Shown here one piece after another: positions 27,282 through 41,714 of a stretch of 64,000 nt of DNA. A model generated the notes under the pieces. The model was not told the origin of the DNA. It did not search any database and saw only the letters and a list, made by a program, of their open reading frames with translations. The stretch comes from Eledone cirrhosa (Eukaryota), in assembly GCA_964016885.1 (NCBI GenBank), contig OZ024756.1:35464001-35528000 (forward strand), read 5' to 3'. The stretch's first letter is position 1. Each line of letters starts with the position of its first letter. The translations under genes and the position numbers were made by a program.

Positions 27282-27316
<35 letters not shown>

Positions 27317-27326
27317 TAGTATATAC

Positions 27327-27480
27327 TACAGGTAAAATTCCGTTATAACGAATTTTTCAGTATAACGAAATGTTTTTCAATCTACTCGCTCGATCTACTC
27401 GCTCGATGTGTTAGGTCGGTCTCGTTCGTTATAAAGAATTTTTCGTTACAACGAATTCTTTTTATAACCGTGAATTTCAA
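27327..27480. mobile_element. pogo/Tigger-like terminal sequence
   Basis: TA-CAGGTAAAATTCCGTTATAACGAA with repeated TTATAACGAA; inverted match to 9693-9782. Confidence 0.55.
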
Positions 27481-27519
27481 GGCGGGTGCGGAGAGGGACA
27501 TCTTCCTCAGGCGCCATGC

Positions 27520-27690
27520 ACTCCTCTTGATTTTGTGGAGGAAAATGGCATTCCAGAGACCGAGGACAGAGGTGGTTTCGATAGTAACCGGCACGGAAAG
27601 GAAGTGGTCGATGTAGTCCCGGTCCTTAGCTATCTTCCTCTCCTCCGCCTTACACATGGACCTGTCAACTCTCCCCGTCCGACGGGGACA
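27520..27690 (-). mobile_element. diverged CRE-like RLE-domain fragment (different family)
   Basis: KAEERKIAKDRDYIDHFLSVPVTIETTSVLGLW resembles AE..K..KY...F.P..IET.G..G. Confidence 0.55.
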
Positions 27691-28170
27691 TCTCCCACCC
27701 ACTTTGGGGTGGGTGGGAGATCTCTTCTCTTGTGAAAATGGGTATAGCTTTCATTATGTTTTGTCTCATTTCTCCCCGTTTTTTTTTTTTTGGGGGGGGG
27801 GGGGTCCTTTTTTCATGGTACACCCCGTTTGGGTTTTTAGAGGTTGGCAGGTCTGACGTTCCGGGTGGATTTATCCGTTCATAAGCTACACTGTATTGCT
27901 ATTCCAGTGACAAATTCAACTGGCAAAGATTAAACTCAATTAGTACATCCTGCCATCATTAACACTATCAGTACACTCAAGATAAGGATCGATTAGTACA
28001 GTCTGGAGTAAGATCTATTGGTACAGCTTCGGTCAGGATCCATTAGTAGAGACTGGGCCAAGATCTATTTGACATTTGTCAATCTCTGAAGACAGGATGT
28101 GGCAAGTGACGAGAATCTCGTTCCATGTTCCGGAAGTTTCTCTGAACACATCAGTTTCATCACCAGCTCG

Positions 28171-28223
<53 letters not shown>

Positions 28224-29259
28224 CTCTATCTATCTATCTATCTATCTACTCCTCACATTCTTTTTGTCTCCTGTCACTACTTTATCTCTCTCCCCCTACC
28301 CCTTCTCTCTCTCCCTCTTCCCCCTCTCTCTCTTTCTCTCCACTCCTTCTTCCCCCCTCTCTCGTTCTATCTATACGCTTGCCCTCTTCCATAACGAATA
28401 ACCTTCTCTCTCTCTCTCTCCCACTCTTTCTTCTACCTTATCCTTTCCCCTCACACCAACTCCTCCTCGTCCCTCTCCTCCTCCTCCAACCACTACCACC
28501 GACACCACTACCATTACCATTACAACACCACCACCATTACCATTACAACACCATTATACCAACCCCACCAACACCATTATACCAACACCATCGCCACCAC
28601 CACCATTATACCAACACCACCAACACCATTATACCAACACCACCACCACCATTATACCAACACCATCGCCACCACCACCACCACCACCACCACCATTATA
28701 CCAACACCACCAACACCATCGCCACCATTATACCAACACCATCGCCACCACCACCACCACCATTATACCAACACCATCGCCACCACCACCACCATTATAC
28801 CAACACCATCGCCACCACCACCACCACCATTATACCAACACCACCACCACCATTATACCAACACCATCGCCTCCACCACCACCACCACCACCACCATTAT
28901 ACCAACACCATCGCCACCACCACCACCACCATTATACCAACACCATCGCCTCCACCAACACCATTCCACCTTTAGAAACTGAAATCAAACTCTGCCAGAG
29001 ACTCAGCATCCGTTTAGTGTTTCTGCTGGCTTTTAGTGCCATCCTGGGTGTCACATGACTTAATATGGCGGTGGAGGGAGTAGTGTGTGGTTCTATATGT
29101 GTTTGTGTGTATATATTTGTATATGTGTGTGAATGTGTGTGTGACTATGCCTGTGTGCGGGCGTGTATGTGTGTATGTGTGTATGACTATGCCTGCATGC
29201 GGCTGTGTATGTGTAAGTGTATGTGTGTATGACTATGCCTGCATGCGGCTGTGTATGTG

Positions 29260-29745
29260 TAAGTGTATGTCGAACTGTTCTCTGTCTGATTCTACTAGTT
29301 GTGTGTATGTGTGTATGACTATGGCTGTATGCGTGTGTGTGTAAGTGTATGTGAAACTGTTCTCTCGTCTGATTCTACTAGTTGTGTGTATGTGTGTATG
29401 ACTATGGCTGTATGTGTGTATGACTATGGCTGTATGCGTGTGTGTGTAAGTGTATGTGAAACTGTTCTCTCGTCTGATTCTACTAGTTCTGTGTATGTGT
29501 GTATGACTGTGGCTGTATGCGTGTGTGTGTAAGTGTATGTGAAACTGTTCTCTCGTCTGATTCTACTAGTTCTGTGTATGTGTGTATGACTGTGGCTGTA
29601 TGCGTGTGTGTGTAAGTGTATGTGAAACTGTTCTCTCGTCTGATTCTACTAGTTGTGTGTATGTGTGTATGACTGTGGCTGTATGTGTGTGTGTGTAAGT
29701 GTATGTGAAACTGTTCTCTCGTCTGATTCTACTAGTTGTGTGTAT
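29260..29745. repeat. ~76-bp minisatellite (GTGAAACTGTTCTCTCGTCTGATTCTACTAGTT core), about 6 copies
   Basis: direct reading. Confidence 0.9.
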
Positions 29746-29913
29746 GCAAGCAAGGTTTAATAATTCAGTCACACACAGAGACACAGTGACACATATATAT
29801 GCATACACTAGGAAATGAACGCGTACGCACATAAATGTGCGTGAACATAGATATGTATTACATATATTTATACACACATGTGTATGCATATATATATATG
29901 AATACACACACAT

Positions 29914-29997
<84 letters not shown>

Positions 29998-30399
29998 TAG
30001 ATTGATAGTATCTGTAGAGCGTTGGACAACATGCTTTGAGGCATATAGTTACGACCCTTTACTGCCCGAATTCAAGGACTCCTGCCAAGCTAATTTAATA
30101 ATACTGTGGACCACTTTATCCTAAGCTAACCCAAGCCACAATTGTTCTCGTAATTTCGAGACTTTAGATGTGTTTTGGTTTTAAGCGATGATTTAAAAAT
30201 GTTATTCCATGAACCACATTTGACTTGGAAATCCGAACTGTTAAATTATTGTAGGCACATGTCAAAGTGCTTAATGTGTAACTTTTCACCAGTTAACGAG
30301 TGAACTCTATTGAACTGCCGCATTGAAATTTTTCAGCATAACTGAAATTAACATTTAACTGTTTATTTACCATTTTCCGGAGCTGAAATACTCTGTCTT

Positions 30400-30438
<39 letters not shown>

Positions 30439-30574
30439 CTTTTTTTTCTACTCCAGTTACTTCCCTTACATGGTTTAATATTTACGATTATACGCTAAAT
30501 ATTTACATATTTCAAATACTTTCAAAGCATTTTCAATCGACATCCCATGCTTTCTACAACTCAATATTTTGGAT

Positions 30575-31005
30575 TGGCAGTATCGGTAGAGGGTCGAACG
30601 CCATGCTTTGCAACATAGAGTTACGGCCCTTTACGATCTGAGTTCAGATCCCGCCGATTCAACTTTGCCTTTCATCCTTATGGGGTAGATAAATTAAAGT
30701 ACCAGTCACGCACTTGGGTCGATTTAACCGACTTTCCCCTTCCACAAAATTGCTGGCCTTGAGCCTATATATAAGAAACCAATATTTTACAACATGCTTT
30801 GCGGCATAGAGTTACGCCCCTTTACGATTTGAGTTCAAACTGGAAATTTATAATAGATTAAAGTGAAAGCCAACGGGTGCGTGTGTTTTTATTGGCAGCA
30901 TGGCCCTCCCAAAGTATAACAATATCTGTTTCAACACACCTTTTCAGATAAGAAATCAATACAAAAACGAAATATATATGTATATACATACTTATATATA
31001 TATAT

Positions 31006-31062
<57 letters not shown>

Positions 31063-31480
31063 TACATATATACATATATATATCTACATATATATATATA
31101 TATGTGTGTGTGGTGTGTATATATATTTATAGTATATATGTATACATACACATATACATAAATGTACCTGTGTATAAATGGATATATGCATGCTTGTGTG
31201 CGTGCGTCTGTGTGTATATAGCCCACACTGTAACACAAAAAAGACCATCATTATTCTCTCATCCGCCACTGACCAGCGGATGACAGGATCGGTAGAGTGT
31301 CGGACAAACTAATTTACAGTAATTCATTAAGACTTTCTACATACTGAGTTCAAATCCCGGGGTCAACTTTCCTTTTCATTCTTCCAGGATCGATAAAATA
31401 AAGTAACAGTCAAGTACAGGGATAGATATAATCGACTTTCTCCTTTCCCCAAAATTGCTGGTCTTGTGTCAATTGTTAGA
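30575..31480 (+). mobile_element. tRNA-SINE copies at 30575-30785 and 31285-31480
   Basis: A/B boxes and family body. Confidence 0.8.
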
Positions 31481-31769
31481 GACATATATGATATAATATA
31501 TATTATAAATATAATATACAACGTTTGTTGTATATTATATGTTATGTAAATACGTTGTTGCTTTAATATTAGTAAGGGAGATAACTGCAGCTACATTAAA
31601 CATTTTAATAGAAGAGAAAATGACTTAGTGGATTATTGAACATTGAAAGAGAGAAAATGTCGTGAGGCGACATCGTGTTATTTATATTTTTTGTGTGTGT
31701 ATGTGTGTGCGCGCGCGCGTGTGTGTGTGTGTGTATTCAATAAATCAATAAAGTTCCCGCAACTGGTGC

Positions 31770-31939
31770 AGCCAGTTATTGGAGTGTCACTCTCGACGTT
31801 TGAATGTGTGTCTCTTATGGTATTTCTCTGGCCCTTATAAATGCTTAGCGGTGGTCATCTCCTCTTTAACTAAATGTTCAGTCCCTCACTAAGTTTAGCC
31901 TGCCAAGCAGAAGCAGTTAGCGGAGGTTCAACTGAAAAA
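31770..31939 (+). promoter_or_regulatory. candidate promoter/5' UTR
   Basis: unique non-repetitive island with ATTGG (~31779), TATAAA (31836-31841) and TCAGT Inr-like (31878) upstream of AAAATG and a strong donor. Confidence 0.35.
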
Positions 31940-31957
31940 ATGTCCTGGCGACTAGAG
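31940..31957 (+). CDS. candidate first coding exon (MSWRLE) of the Nav-like gene
   Basis: AAAAA-ATG TCC TGG CGA CTA GAG|GTGAGA; phase 0, matching the acceptor at 45404. Confidence 0.35.
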
Positions 31958-32586
31958 GTGAGAGTCCAGTGAGAATATGTGTACCGTTATATCACCGAGA
32001 ACGACGTTTCCAGACGCTTCCAGATATCAAGATACCCGAACAGCCGGGTTTTTAGATAATGTTTCTATAAATCCGAAATAACTGTTCTTTAAATGACGTT
32101 ATTCTATTTTCAAAGAAACATTGTCTAACGCTGTGTCCAATACTAGAATAAGGTTTCTTTAAGTCGTTTCACTTTGTATTCAATGAGCCAGTAGTTAACA
32201 GCTACACCCGGTTTTGAAATATTTCTTTAAATTCTCGATAATGATATATGTCCGGTATTGAAATAACGTTCTTCAAATTATTTTTACACAAAAGAAACCT
32301 TTTACGTAGACGTGATTAAAGATAGAAAAATGATATTTTAATAATATATTTCTAAGATACAACTACACAGAGGTTAAAATTGTATGTAGAAATGACATAC
32401 AGGGTTAAATGTATGAGTTAGTTTAGAGAAATAACTATATACGGGGACGAATATAGAATTGGAACCCAAGACCTTGGGATTGTGATTGGAAAGAGTATAT
32501 ATATATATATATATATACAAACACACGTGGCTTAATGACATGGTCGACATGTGAGTGTGTGTACATGTGTATGTGTGGTTCCATGT

Positions 32587-32641
<55 letters not shown>

Positions 32642-32704
32642 AACGTACGTATTATATATTTAATAACATACTGTTTGTTTATTTAAAAACATTTTGAAGG
32701 CCTT

Positions 32705-32742
<38 letters not shown>

Positions 32743-33059
32743 TACAATGTTTTCTATACCTTTTATTTATATAGAGAGAGAGATAGAGAGAGAGTGTGTG
32801 TGAGGGGGGGGGGTCAGAGAGAGTATGAGAGAAATGAAAGGGAAAAGACTAAAAGATACAAGGTGAGTGTGGTAAAAAAATGTTATATTGAGAGAAGGGG
32901 AGGAGAGGAAGGAAAGAGTGAATCGGTAACGATTTGGCTACTTATTAAAGGGAGGAAACCACTATTTCTACATCGACACAGTGTGTGTGTGTGTGTGTGT
33001 GTGTTGGCATGTGTGTGTATGTGTTTGTCTATATGTGCATGTGCGTGTTTGTGTGTTTG

Positions 33060-33284
33060 TCTCTTTGTCAGTGTCTATCTGTGTGTATGTGTGTATATCT
33101 GTGTTTGTTTGTATGTGTTTGTCTCTTTGTCAGTGTGTATGTATGTGTGTATCTGTGTATGTGTGTATATGTGCATGCGTGTGTGTGTATCTGTGTATGT
33201 GTGCATGCGCGTGTGTGTATCTGTGTATGTGTGTATATGTGCATGCGTGTGTGTGTATCTGTGTATATGTGTATATGTGCATAC

Positions 33285-33315
<31 letters not shown>

Positions 33316-34762
33316 CATGCGTGTATGAATATGAGTCAGTGTGTCAGTGTGTATGAATGTACGCCTGCGTATATGCGTGCGTATGTCTATATAGTTTTGC
33401 GTGTAAGTCAACGTGCGCATATGTCTACATCTGTATACGTGTGTGTGTGTGTGTGTGATGTATACATCTGAGTGTATGTGTATGTATGTCTGTGTTTGTG
33501 TATGTGCGTGTATGTGCATGTCAATCTCTCTGTGTATATATTTGTGTGTATATAAATATCTGTGTGTATGTATGTGATGTGTACATCTGTGTTTATGAAT
33601 GTGTATGTATGCCTGTGTTTGTGTATGTCAATGTCTCAGTGTGTATATATATATAAATATATGTATGTTAGTATGTGTATGCGTATGTATGTATGTATGT
33701 GTGTATGTCAATGCCTCAGTGTGTGTATATATATATATGTATGTCAGTATGTGTATGCCTATGTATGTATGTGTGTGTTTGTCAATGCCTCAGTGTGTGT
33801 ATATATATATGTATGTATGTCAGTATGTGTATGCCTATGTATGTATGGGTGTGTTTGTCAATGCTTCAGTGTGTATATATATATGTATATATGTCAGTAT
33901 GTGTATGCCTATGTGTGTATGTCATTGCCTCAGTGTGTGTATATATATATGTATGTATGTCAGTATGTGTATGCCTATGTATGTATGTGTGTGTTTGTCA
34001 ATGCCTCAGTGTGTGTATATATATATATATATGTATGTCAGTATGTGTATGCCTATGTATGTATGTGTGTGTATGTCAATGCCTCAGTGTGTGTATATAT
34101 ATATGTATGTATGTCAGTATGTGTATGCCTATGTATGTATGTATGTATGTATGTATGTCAATGCCTCAGTGTGTGTATATATGTATGTATATGCCTATGT
34201 ATGTATATATGTCAGTATGTATATGCCTATGTATGTATGTATGTCAGTATGTGTATGCCTATGTCTGTATGTATGTATGTCAGTATGTGTATGTCAATGT
34301 CTCAGTGTGTGTATGTATGTATATATGTCAGTGTGTATGTATGTATGTATGTGTATGTGTAATATAACATATTGGAAGTAGTAGACTAAGTAGTTTACAT
34401 GTTACACACATCTTTCTTAAACTTGTGTGTGTGCGTCTATATGTGTGTGTGTATGGCTATGTTTGTGTGTGTCTATGTGTGTGTGTGTTTATGAGTTTGT
34501 GTCTGTTTGTGTGTGTGTGTATGTGTATATGTGTGTGTGTATGTGGCTATGTGTTTGTGTGTGTATCTATGTGTTTATGGCTCTGTGTGTGTGTGTGGGG
34601 GGGCTCTGTCTTTGTATGGCTGTGTGTGTGTGGCTGTGTGTATGTATGTGGCAGTGTGTGGCTGTGTGTGTGTGTGTGTGTGTTTGTGGCAGGGTGTGTG
34701 TGTGTGTGGCTGTGTGTGTGTGTGTGTGGCAGGGTGTGTGTGTGTGTGTGTGGCTGTGTGTG

Positions 34763-34793
<31 letters not shown>

Positions 34794-34827
34794 GGCAGGG
34801 TGTGTGTGTGTGTGTGTTTGTGGCAGG

Positions 34828-34863
<36 letters not shown>

Positions 34864-34881
34864 CTGTGTGTATGCATGTGG

Positions 34882-34929
<48 letters not shown>

Positions 34930-34950
34930 CTGTGTGTGTGTATGTGTGTC

Positions 34951-34982
<32 letters not shown>

Positions 34983-35096
34983 GCTGTGTGTATGCATGTG
35001 GCAGTGTGTGTGTGTGTATGTGTGGCAGGGTGTGTGTGTGTGGCTGTGTGTATGCATGTGGCTGTGTGTGTGTGTGTGTGTGTGTGTGTTTGTGGC

Positions 35097-35131
<35 letters not shown>

Positions 35132-35220
35132 ATGTGTGTGTGTATGTGTGTCAGGGTGTGTGTGTGTGTGTGTGTGGCTCTGTGTATGCATGTGGCAGTG
35201 TGTATGTGTGTATGTGTGTC

Positions 35221-35265
<45 letters not shown>

Positions 35266-35340
35266 CTGTGTGTATGCATGTGGCTGTGTGTGTGTGTGTG
35301 TGTGTGTGTTTGTGGCAGGGTGTGTGTGTGTGTGGCTGTT
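33060..35340. repeat. (TG)n-derived minisatellites with GTCAATGCCTCAG and GGCAGGG/GGCT interruptions
   Basis: direct reading. Confidence 0.9.
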
Positions 35341-36955
35341 TGCGTGAGACTGAAAGACCTCTCAGCCAACAGACTGCCGTGGTGATATTGTAGTATCTAT
35401 GAAAATATTACACAGTATAGGATATCCACACTCCTGCTTACATCACACCACTACCCCCACCACTACAACACCACTTCTACACCACCCCCACTACACCACT
35501 TCTACACCACCCCCACTACACCACTACTACACCACTACTACACCACCTCCACTACCACCACCACTATCACAGATACACTACCATCACTGTGCCACCACCA
35601 TCACTACCACCACCTCCACTATACCACTACACTGCCACCACCACCACCAATACCACCAACACCACCACCACTACACCAGCAACACCACCACCACCACCAC
35701 CACTACACCACCACCAACACCACCACCACTACACCACCACCACCACCACCACTGCACCCCCCGCCCCCCACTACACCACCACCACCACCACTACACCACC
35801 AACACCACCACCACTACACCACCACCACCACCACTACACCACCACCATCACTATTACGTGATATGGAGACATATGTATGTACTGTCACGTGATATATGAC
35901 GTCAGCAGTGTTGGTCACTAAGTCGTTTCTTTTTGTATATCTGTTAGTTGTTGGGGGTGGATAGTCGAATGGTAGGTGGAGGTGGGGATACAGTGTAGGT
36001 TATACCACCACTACACCATCACCACTACTACACCACCATTACACCATCACCACTACCATTTCACCGTCACAACTACACTACCACTACACTACCACAACTA
36101 CACTACATCCACTACACTACCAGCACCACTACTACACCACCACTACTAGTACACCACCACCACTACTACACCACCACTACTAGTACACACCACCACTACT
36201 ACACCACCACTACTACACCACCACTACACTACCACTACCATTACACCATCACAACTACACTACCACAACTACACTACATCCACTACACTATGTGGTCCCA
36301 TAACTGCTGATGGAGTCATAGGGGGTGCATATGGCTTTTCTTAGGCATTTTTAGACTGGCAGAGCTCATCTCTCCCCAGGGCAGAGTACAGCAGATTTCT
36401 TCCAGAGAAAGATAGAAAGTGAGAGAGAGAGGAAGTTAGAAAGAGATATAAGAGGAAGAATCAACCCAGTACTAGACTGGTACTTTTTTATTGACAAGAA
36501 AAATGAAAAGCAAAGTTGATCTTGGTGGGATCTATAAGTAAGTGGTAAACCCCTTCAGTCACAAATCCTCATGGGATTTGCACATAGAAAGTTCCCCTCT
36601 GAGGCACAAGGCCCTTTGTGTGGAAGACTAGCAGTCTCCCTTCTCCATCGATGTTGTCCAAGGGAAAGGTAAAGACCGATACAACTTGGCACCAGTGTCA
36701 TCACAATTCATATATAGACTATATATAGACTGCATACAATATATATACCTCATATACACTATATATACATTATATATATGCTATATATGTTGTCCAAGGG
36801 AAAGGCAATGGCAGATACAGCTTGGCACCAGTGACGTTGCAACTCATTGCCACAGCTGAGTGAACTGGGACAACGTGAAATAAAGTGTCTTGCTCAAGAA
36901 CACAATGCATCGCTTGGTCTGGGAATCAAACTTTCTAACTACTAAACCACATACC

Positions 36956-37001
<46 letters not shown>

Positions 37002-37178
37002 AATTTTAGTACAACATTAATGAAGCTTTAGTTCGCGGCCAAGCTAACGAATGCAAATTAGGTCTGTTGCTTTAGCACTCGGATGGGGAAAAGTACCCCA
37101 GAGTAATAACAATACGTTTAGACAGCTTAGCAAATCAAATATAGCAATCGGCAGTCCAGCCACATCATATATATATAT

Positions 37179-37667
37179 ATGAAAGGCCGGTTGTATGATG
37201 CCTGTGTGAGGAGCGCGATGCTGCATGGTAGTGAGACATGGGCAGCAACCGCAGAGGATATGCGACGGCTGGAGAGAAATGAGGCAAGCATGCTCCGTTG
37301 GATGTGCAGTGTAAATGTGCGTGAACGACCCACCATAAATGTGTTGAGAGAGAAACTGTGTCTGAGAGGGATAGAATGTAGTGTACGGGAGAGGAGACTG
37401 AGGTGGTATGGACATGTGATGCGTATGGAGGATGACCGATGGGTGAAGAAGTGCCAGGAAATGCCAGTTGAAGGAAGACGTGGTAGAGGTAGACCACGAA
37501 AAACATGGGCGGAGGTGGTGAGAACAGACCTCAGATCATTGAAGCTCACGGTGGAGATGACGAGGGACCGTGACGAGTGGAGAGATGCTGTGCTGAATAA
37601 GACCCGTCCCACCCTTGCAAGCAGGGAAAAGCGGACGTAAAATGATGATGATGATGATGATGATGAT
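37179..37667 (+). mobile_element. young 5'-truncated RTE LINE 3' end with (TGA)n tail
   Basis: uninterrupted LYDACVRSAMLHGSETW...RRLRWYGHVMR...GRRGRGRPRKTW; near-identical shorter copies at 38433-38643, 42449-42625 and 44982-45042. Confidence 0.93.
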
Positions 37668-37671
37668 ATAT

Positions 37672-37699
37672 ATGGTAGTGGTGTTGTATATGTAAGTAC

Positions 37700-37759
<60 letters not shown>

Positions 37760-38028
37760 AGAACACTGGAAAGTAATATCCGTAGTGGTAGAGCACTCAG
37801 TCCATGGGACGAGTTAGGTAGAAGTGGTAACACAACAGTTAGTTCACCATACCAAGAACAATTACTTCACCTTAGCGGATCCTCAGCTCGTAATTACGAG
37901 CTGAAGATCCGTATAAGGTGAAACAATTGTTCTCGGTATGGTTAACTAACTGTTGTGTTACCACTTCTACCTAACTCGTCCCATGGACTGAATGCTCTAC
38001 CACTACGGATATTACTTTCCAGTGTTCT

Positions 38029-38094
<66 letters not shown>

Positions 38095-38118
38095 TTACAT
38101 ATACAACACCACTACCAT
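37672..38118. repeat. ~447-bp spacerless palindrome centred at 37893/37894, with an HHR at the centre
   Basis: centre CTCG-TAATTA-CGAG; arms include (GA)n(TA)n and flanking unique sequence. Confidence 0.9.
37897..37935 (+). ncRNA. minimal hammerhead ribozyme-like motif
   Basis: CGAG-CTGAAGA-TCCGTATAAGGT-GAAA-CAATTG-TT^CTCG; U-U at stem II base, GUU triplet. Confidence 0.65.
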
Positions 38119-38313
38119 CACTGCATCAACCAACTCCAATATCAACACCACCACTACCACCACCATCACCACCACCACCACCACATTAGAAGCAAACTTA
38201 AGAAGCTCTGCTGTTTTGAACATTGTATAAATAGTGAAGTACATCACATGTCTGTCACAACAATGTCTAATTGGTGGTGGCTGTGTTGGTGGCTGTTGTG
38301 GCTATGGTTATGG

Positions 38314-38344
<31 letters not shown>

Positions 38345-39274
38345 GGTGGTGGTGCTGGTGGTGGCTGTTGGCTGTTTTAGCCTGGTATGCCATGATGGTA
38401 CCCTAGCATTAAATTAAGAGTTAAGGGCTCTTAGGAAATGCCAGTAGAAGGAAGACGTGGTAGAGGTAGACCACGAAAAGCATGGGCTGAGGTGGTGAGA
38501 ACAGACCTCAGATCGCTGAAGCTCACGGTGGAGATGACGAAGGACCGTGACGAGTGGAGAGATGCTGTGCTGAATAGGACCCGTCCCACCCTTGCAAGCA
38601 GGGAAAAGCAGACATAAAATGATGATGATAATGATGATGATGATATATGTATATGGAAAACCAAATATATATAAAGTGGCCTATTACACTACACTATATC
38701 ACACTCCACTTCACTATACCACACTCAACTCCACCATGCAACAATTGAACAATTCACACCACCACTATATTATCCTCCACATCATTTCACTCCACTCCAC
38801 TCCACTCTACCACACTTCACTCCACTCCCCTATATCACACTCCACTATACCACACTTCACTCCATTATACCACACCACACTCCACCCCACTCCACTATGC
38901 TACACTACACTCCAGTGTCCCAGACACTGCAGTATAAGCAGTCAGTAGAGAATGTTCCAGACCAAACTAAGGAGACATGGATCAAGTGGGCTAGGGAGAG
39001 GAATCTCTTCCATGTGTTCAGTCAGAGAAGTTTATGGTATATAGATCTGATTGTGGTATTGATTGATTCATTGATCTGACTAGAGATAGTTAATCAATAA
39101 CAACCACCACCACAACAACAACAACAACAACAACAACAATATCCACATGAGTAGCAGCAGCAGCAACTACAATAATAACAACAACAATAAGAAAACAGCA
39201 ACAAAAAACAGTAATGGTCACCACCACCACCACCACAACAACAACAACAACAATCACAACAACAAAAATAACAA

Positions 39275-39900
39275 AATCATATCAACAAAATTAATACTTA
39301 TCTTCATCATAACATATTAAGACTGTAGAGGTTTTGTCCTAAGACATCCCAAATGTGTGAAATCATATCAACAAAATTCTGACTTATCTTCATAACATTA
39401 AGATTGTAGTGGTTTTTGCCTAAATATGACATAACCAATATGTATGTGATGATATCAACAAAATTATGACTTATCTTCATCATAACATTTTAAGACTAGA
39501 GTTTTTGCCCTAAGACATCCTAGAGTTTTTTGTGGAAATATGACATAGCCAATATGTATGTGATAATATCAACAAAATTATGACTTATCTTCATCATAAG
39601 ATAATTGTTTCTACTTTTGGCACAAGGCCAGCAATTTCCCAGTGTATTACTGGTACTTTATTTTAGCGACCCCGTAAGGATGAAAGGCAAAGTTAACCTC
39701 GGCGGGATTTGAACTCAAAATGGCAAGGGCCGTAACTCTATGCGTCAAAGCATGGCGTCCGACCCTCTACCGATACTGCCAATTCACAAGATAATAAGAC
39801 TGTAGAGTTTTTTGTCGAAATATGACATACCCAATATGTATGTGATAATATCAACAAAATGATGACATATCTTCATCTTAACATACTAAGACTGTGAACA
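39275..39900. repeat. diverged ~80-110-bp tandem repeat interrupted by a minus-strand SINE (39605-39785)
   Basis: ATATCAACAAAATTATGACTTATCTTCATCATAAC x5; AAGATAAT on both sides of the SINE (39598, 39788) is a possible TSD. Confidence 0.8.
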
Positions 39901-40266
39901 TATCATCAGCATTACACCTATCTCCATCATAAAATACTATTACATAAGACTAATGCTGCAAGTCTATTTCCCTTGTTTACAAGACATCCCCAGATATACT
40001 GTATAAGGTGATGAGAATCACGCACAAATGTAGCAGTTATGGTGTACGATATCTTGTATCGGTAATTCTCTTCCAATACGTAGTGCTGCTATTACATTTT
40101 AGTAACATATCCTGTACTGGTAATTCTCATCTAATATCTAGCCGGGCTGATACCTATTGGTAATTCACAGAATCTCCAGCAAAGAACTCTTTACAATCTA
40201 TTTATTAGGAGTATTGATTTTCTAAGGAAGGACGGATAATTTTGGTTGGGTGCTTGTTGTTGTAGC

Positions 40267-40299
<33 letters not shown>

Positions 40300-40372
40300 A
40301 GCTACTTATATAAGATCAGTGAATACCTCTTTCCCTCTTCACTCTATCATTCTCATTCTAGCTCTCCTCTCT

Positions 40373-40436
<64 letters not shown>

Positions 40437-40473
40437 CTGTTGGCTTCACGCTCACAACAATTTCTATACTTTA

Positions 40474-40514
<41 letters not shown>

Positions 40515-40523
40515 CACATACAT

Positions 40524-40579
<56 letters not shown>

Positions 40580-40581
<2 letters not shown>

Positions 40582-41025
40582 CAAAATTAATATAGAAATG
40601 GCTTCTACAGGACGAAAACTGTTTCATTGGAAGGAAATCATCAGGAAAGCCCTTTCCTCATGATTTCCTTTGAATGAAACAGTTCTAGTCCTTTAGAGCC
40701 ATTTCTATATTAATTTTTGTCATATATATATATATATGTATACTAATGTATTGAGTACCTTACTGTGGTTACCCCAATTGAACCCAGGACTCATATATAT
40801 ATATATATATATGTATACTAATGTATTGAGTACCTTACTGTGGTTACCCCAATTGAACCCAGGACTCATATATATATATATATATATATGTATACTAATG
40901 TATTGAGTACCTTACTGTGGTTACCCCAATTGAACCCAGGACTCATATATATATATATATATATATGTATACTAATGTATTGAGTACCTTACTGTGGTTA
41001 CCCCAAGTGAACCCAGGACTCATAG
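40580..41025. mobile_element. family K fold-back (40580-40720) followed by 4 tandem copies of its terminus separated by (TA)n
   Basis: inverted arms around AGCCCTTT; GTATACTAATGTATTGAGTACCTTACTGTGGTTACCCC..GAACCCAGGA x4; matches 22588-22660 inverted. Confidence 0.85.
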
Positions 41026-41117
41026 ATATATAAGTTCATAAAAATTAGTTTATTTGTTTTCGCACAAGAAATTAATTAACTATTTTGGTCCTTTATATTT
41101 TTATAATATATATATAT

Positions 41118-41308
41118 AGGAAAAGAGTCAGGACCCCGATGGATGAGCTCCAGCCGTTTCAACAGCTATTTCAGAAATAGCTGTCGAAACGGCCGGAGCT
41201 CAGCCATCGGGGGCACTGACTCTTTTCCTATTACCCACTCTACTACCCATAGTATCGAGTACTCTGGTGCGTTATGGTCCACCTGGTTCCTTACCACACT
41301 TCCTTCGT

Positions 41309-41310
<2 letters not shown>
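41118..41310 (+). mobile_element. TA-flanked fold-back family L (also 45121-45325, 48333-48502, and minus-strand 52812-52953)
   Basis: GGAAAA..GACCCCGA..GAGCTC.AGCCGTTTC..GAAACGGC..GAGCTC..TCGGGG..TTTTCCTA plus a shared tail CCACTCTACTACCC...CCACACTTCC. Confidence 0.85.
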
Positions 41311-41346
<36 letters not shown>

Positions 41347-41582
41347 ATCTCTATCTAAGGCGGGTAAAATTCCTGAGATCCATGGATGAGTTCTCTCCAG
41401 CGGTCTCTGTCCCTCATTATCGCTGCCATGTCCTGCATCTCCAACAGACCAGTGTCTGTCCTTAGGGCATCAACATACGTTAACCTTGGTCTTCCTCTTC
41501 TAGTGTGTCCATGTAGGGGCTATATATATATAGTTGAAATGAGTGAACAAAATGCAGGAGGCAAGATGAAATATATATATGA

Positions 41583-41616
<34 letters not shown>

Positions 41617-41648
41617 GGTGGTGGTGGTGGTTTTGGTGGTGGTGGTGG

Positions 41649-41679
<31 letters not shown>

Positions 41680-41714
41680 CACCATCACCATCATTTACAT
41701 CCATTCTTCCATGC

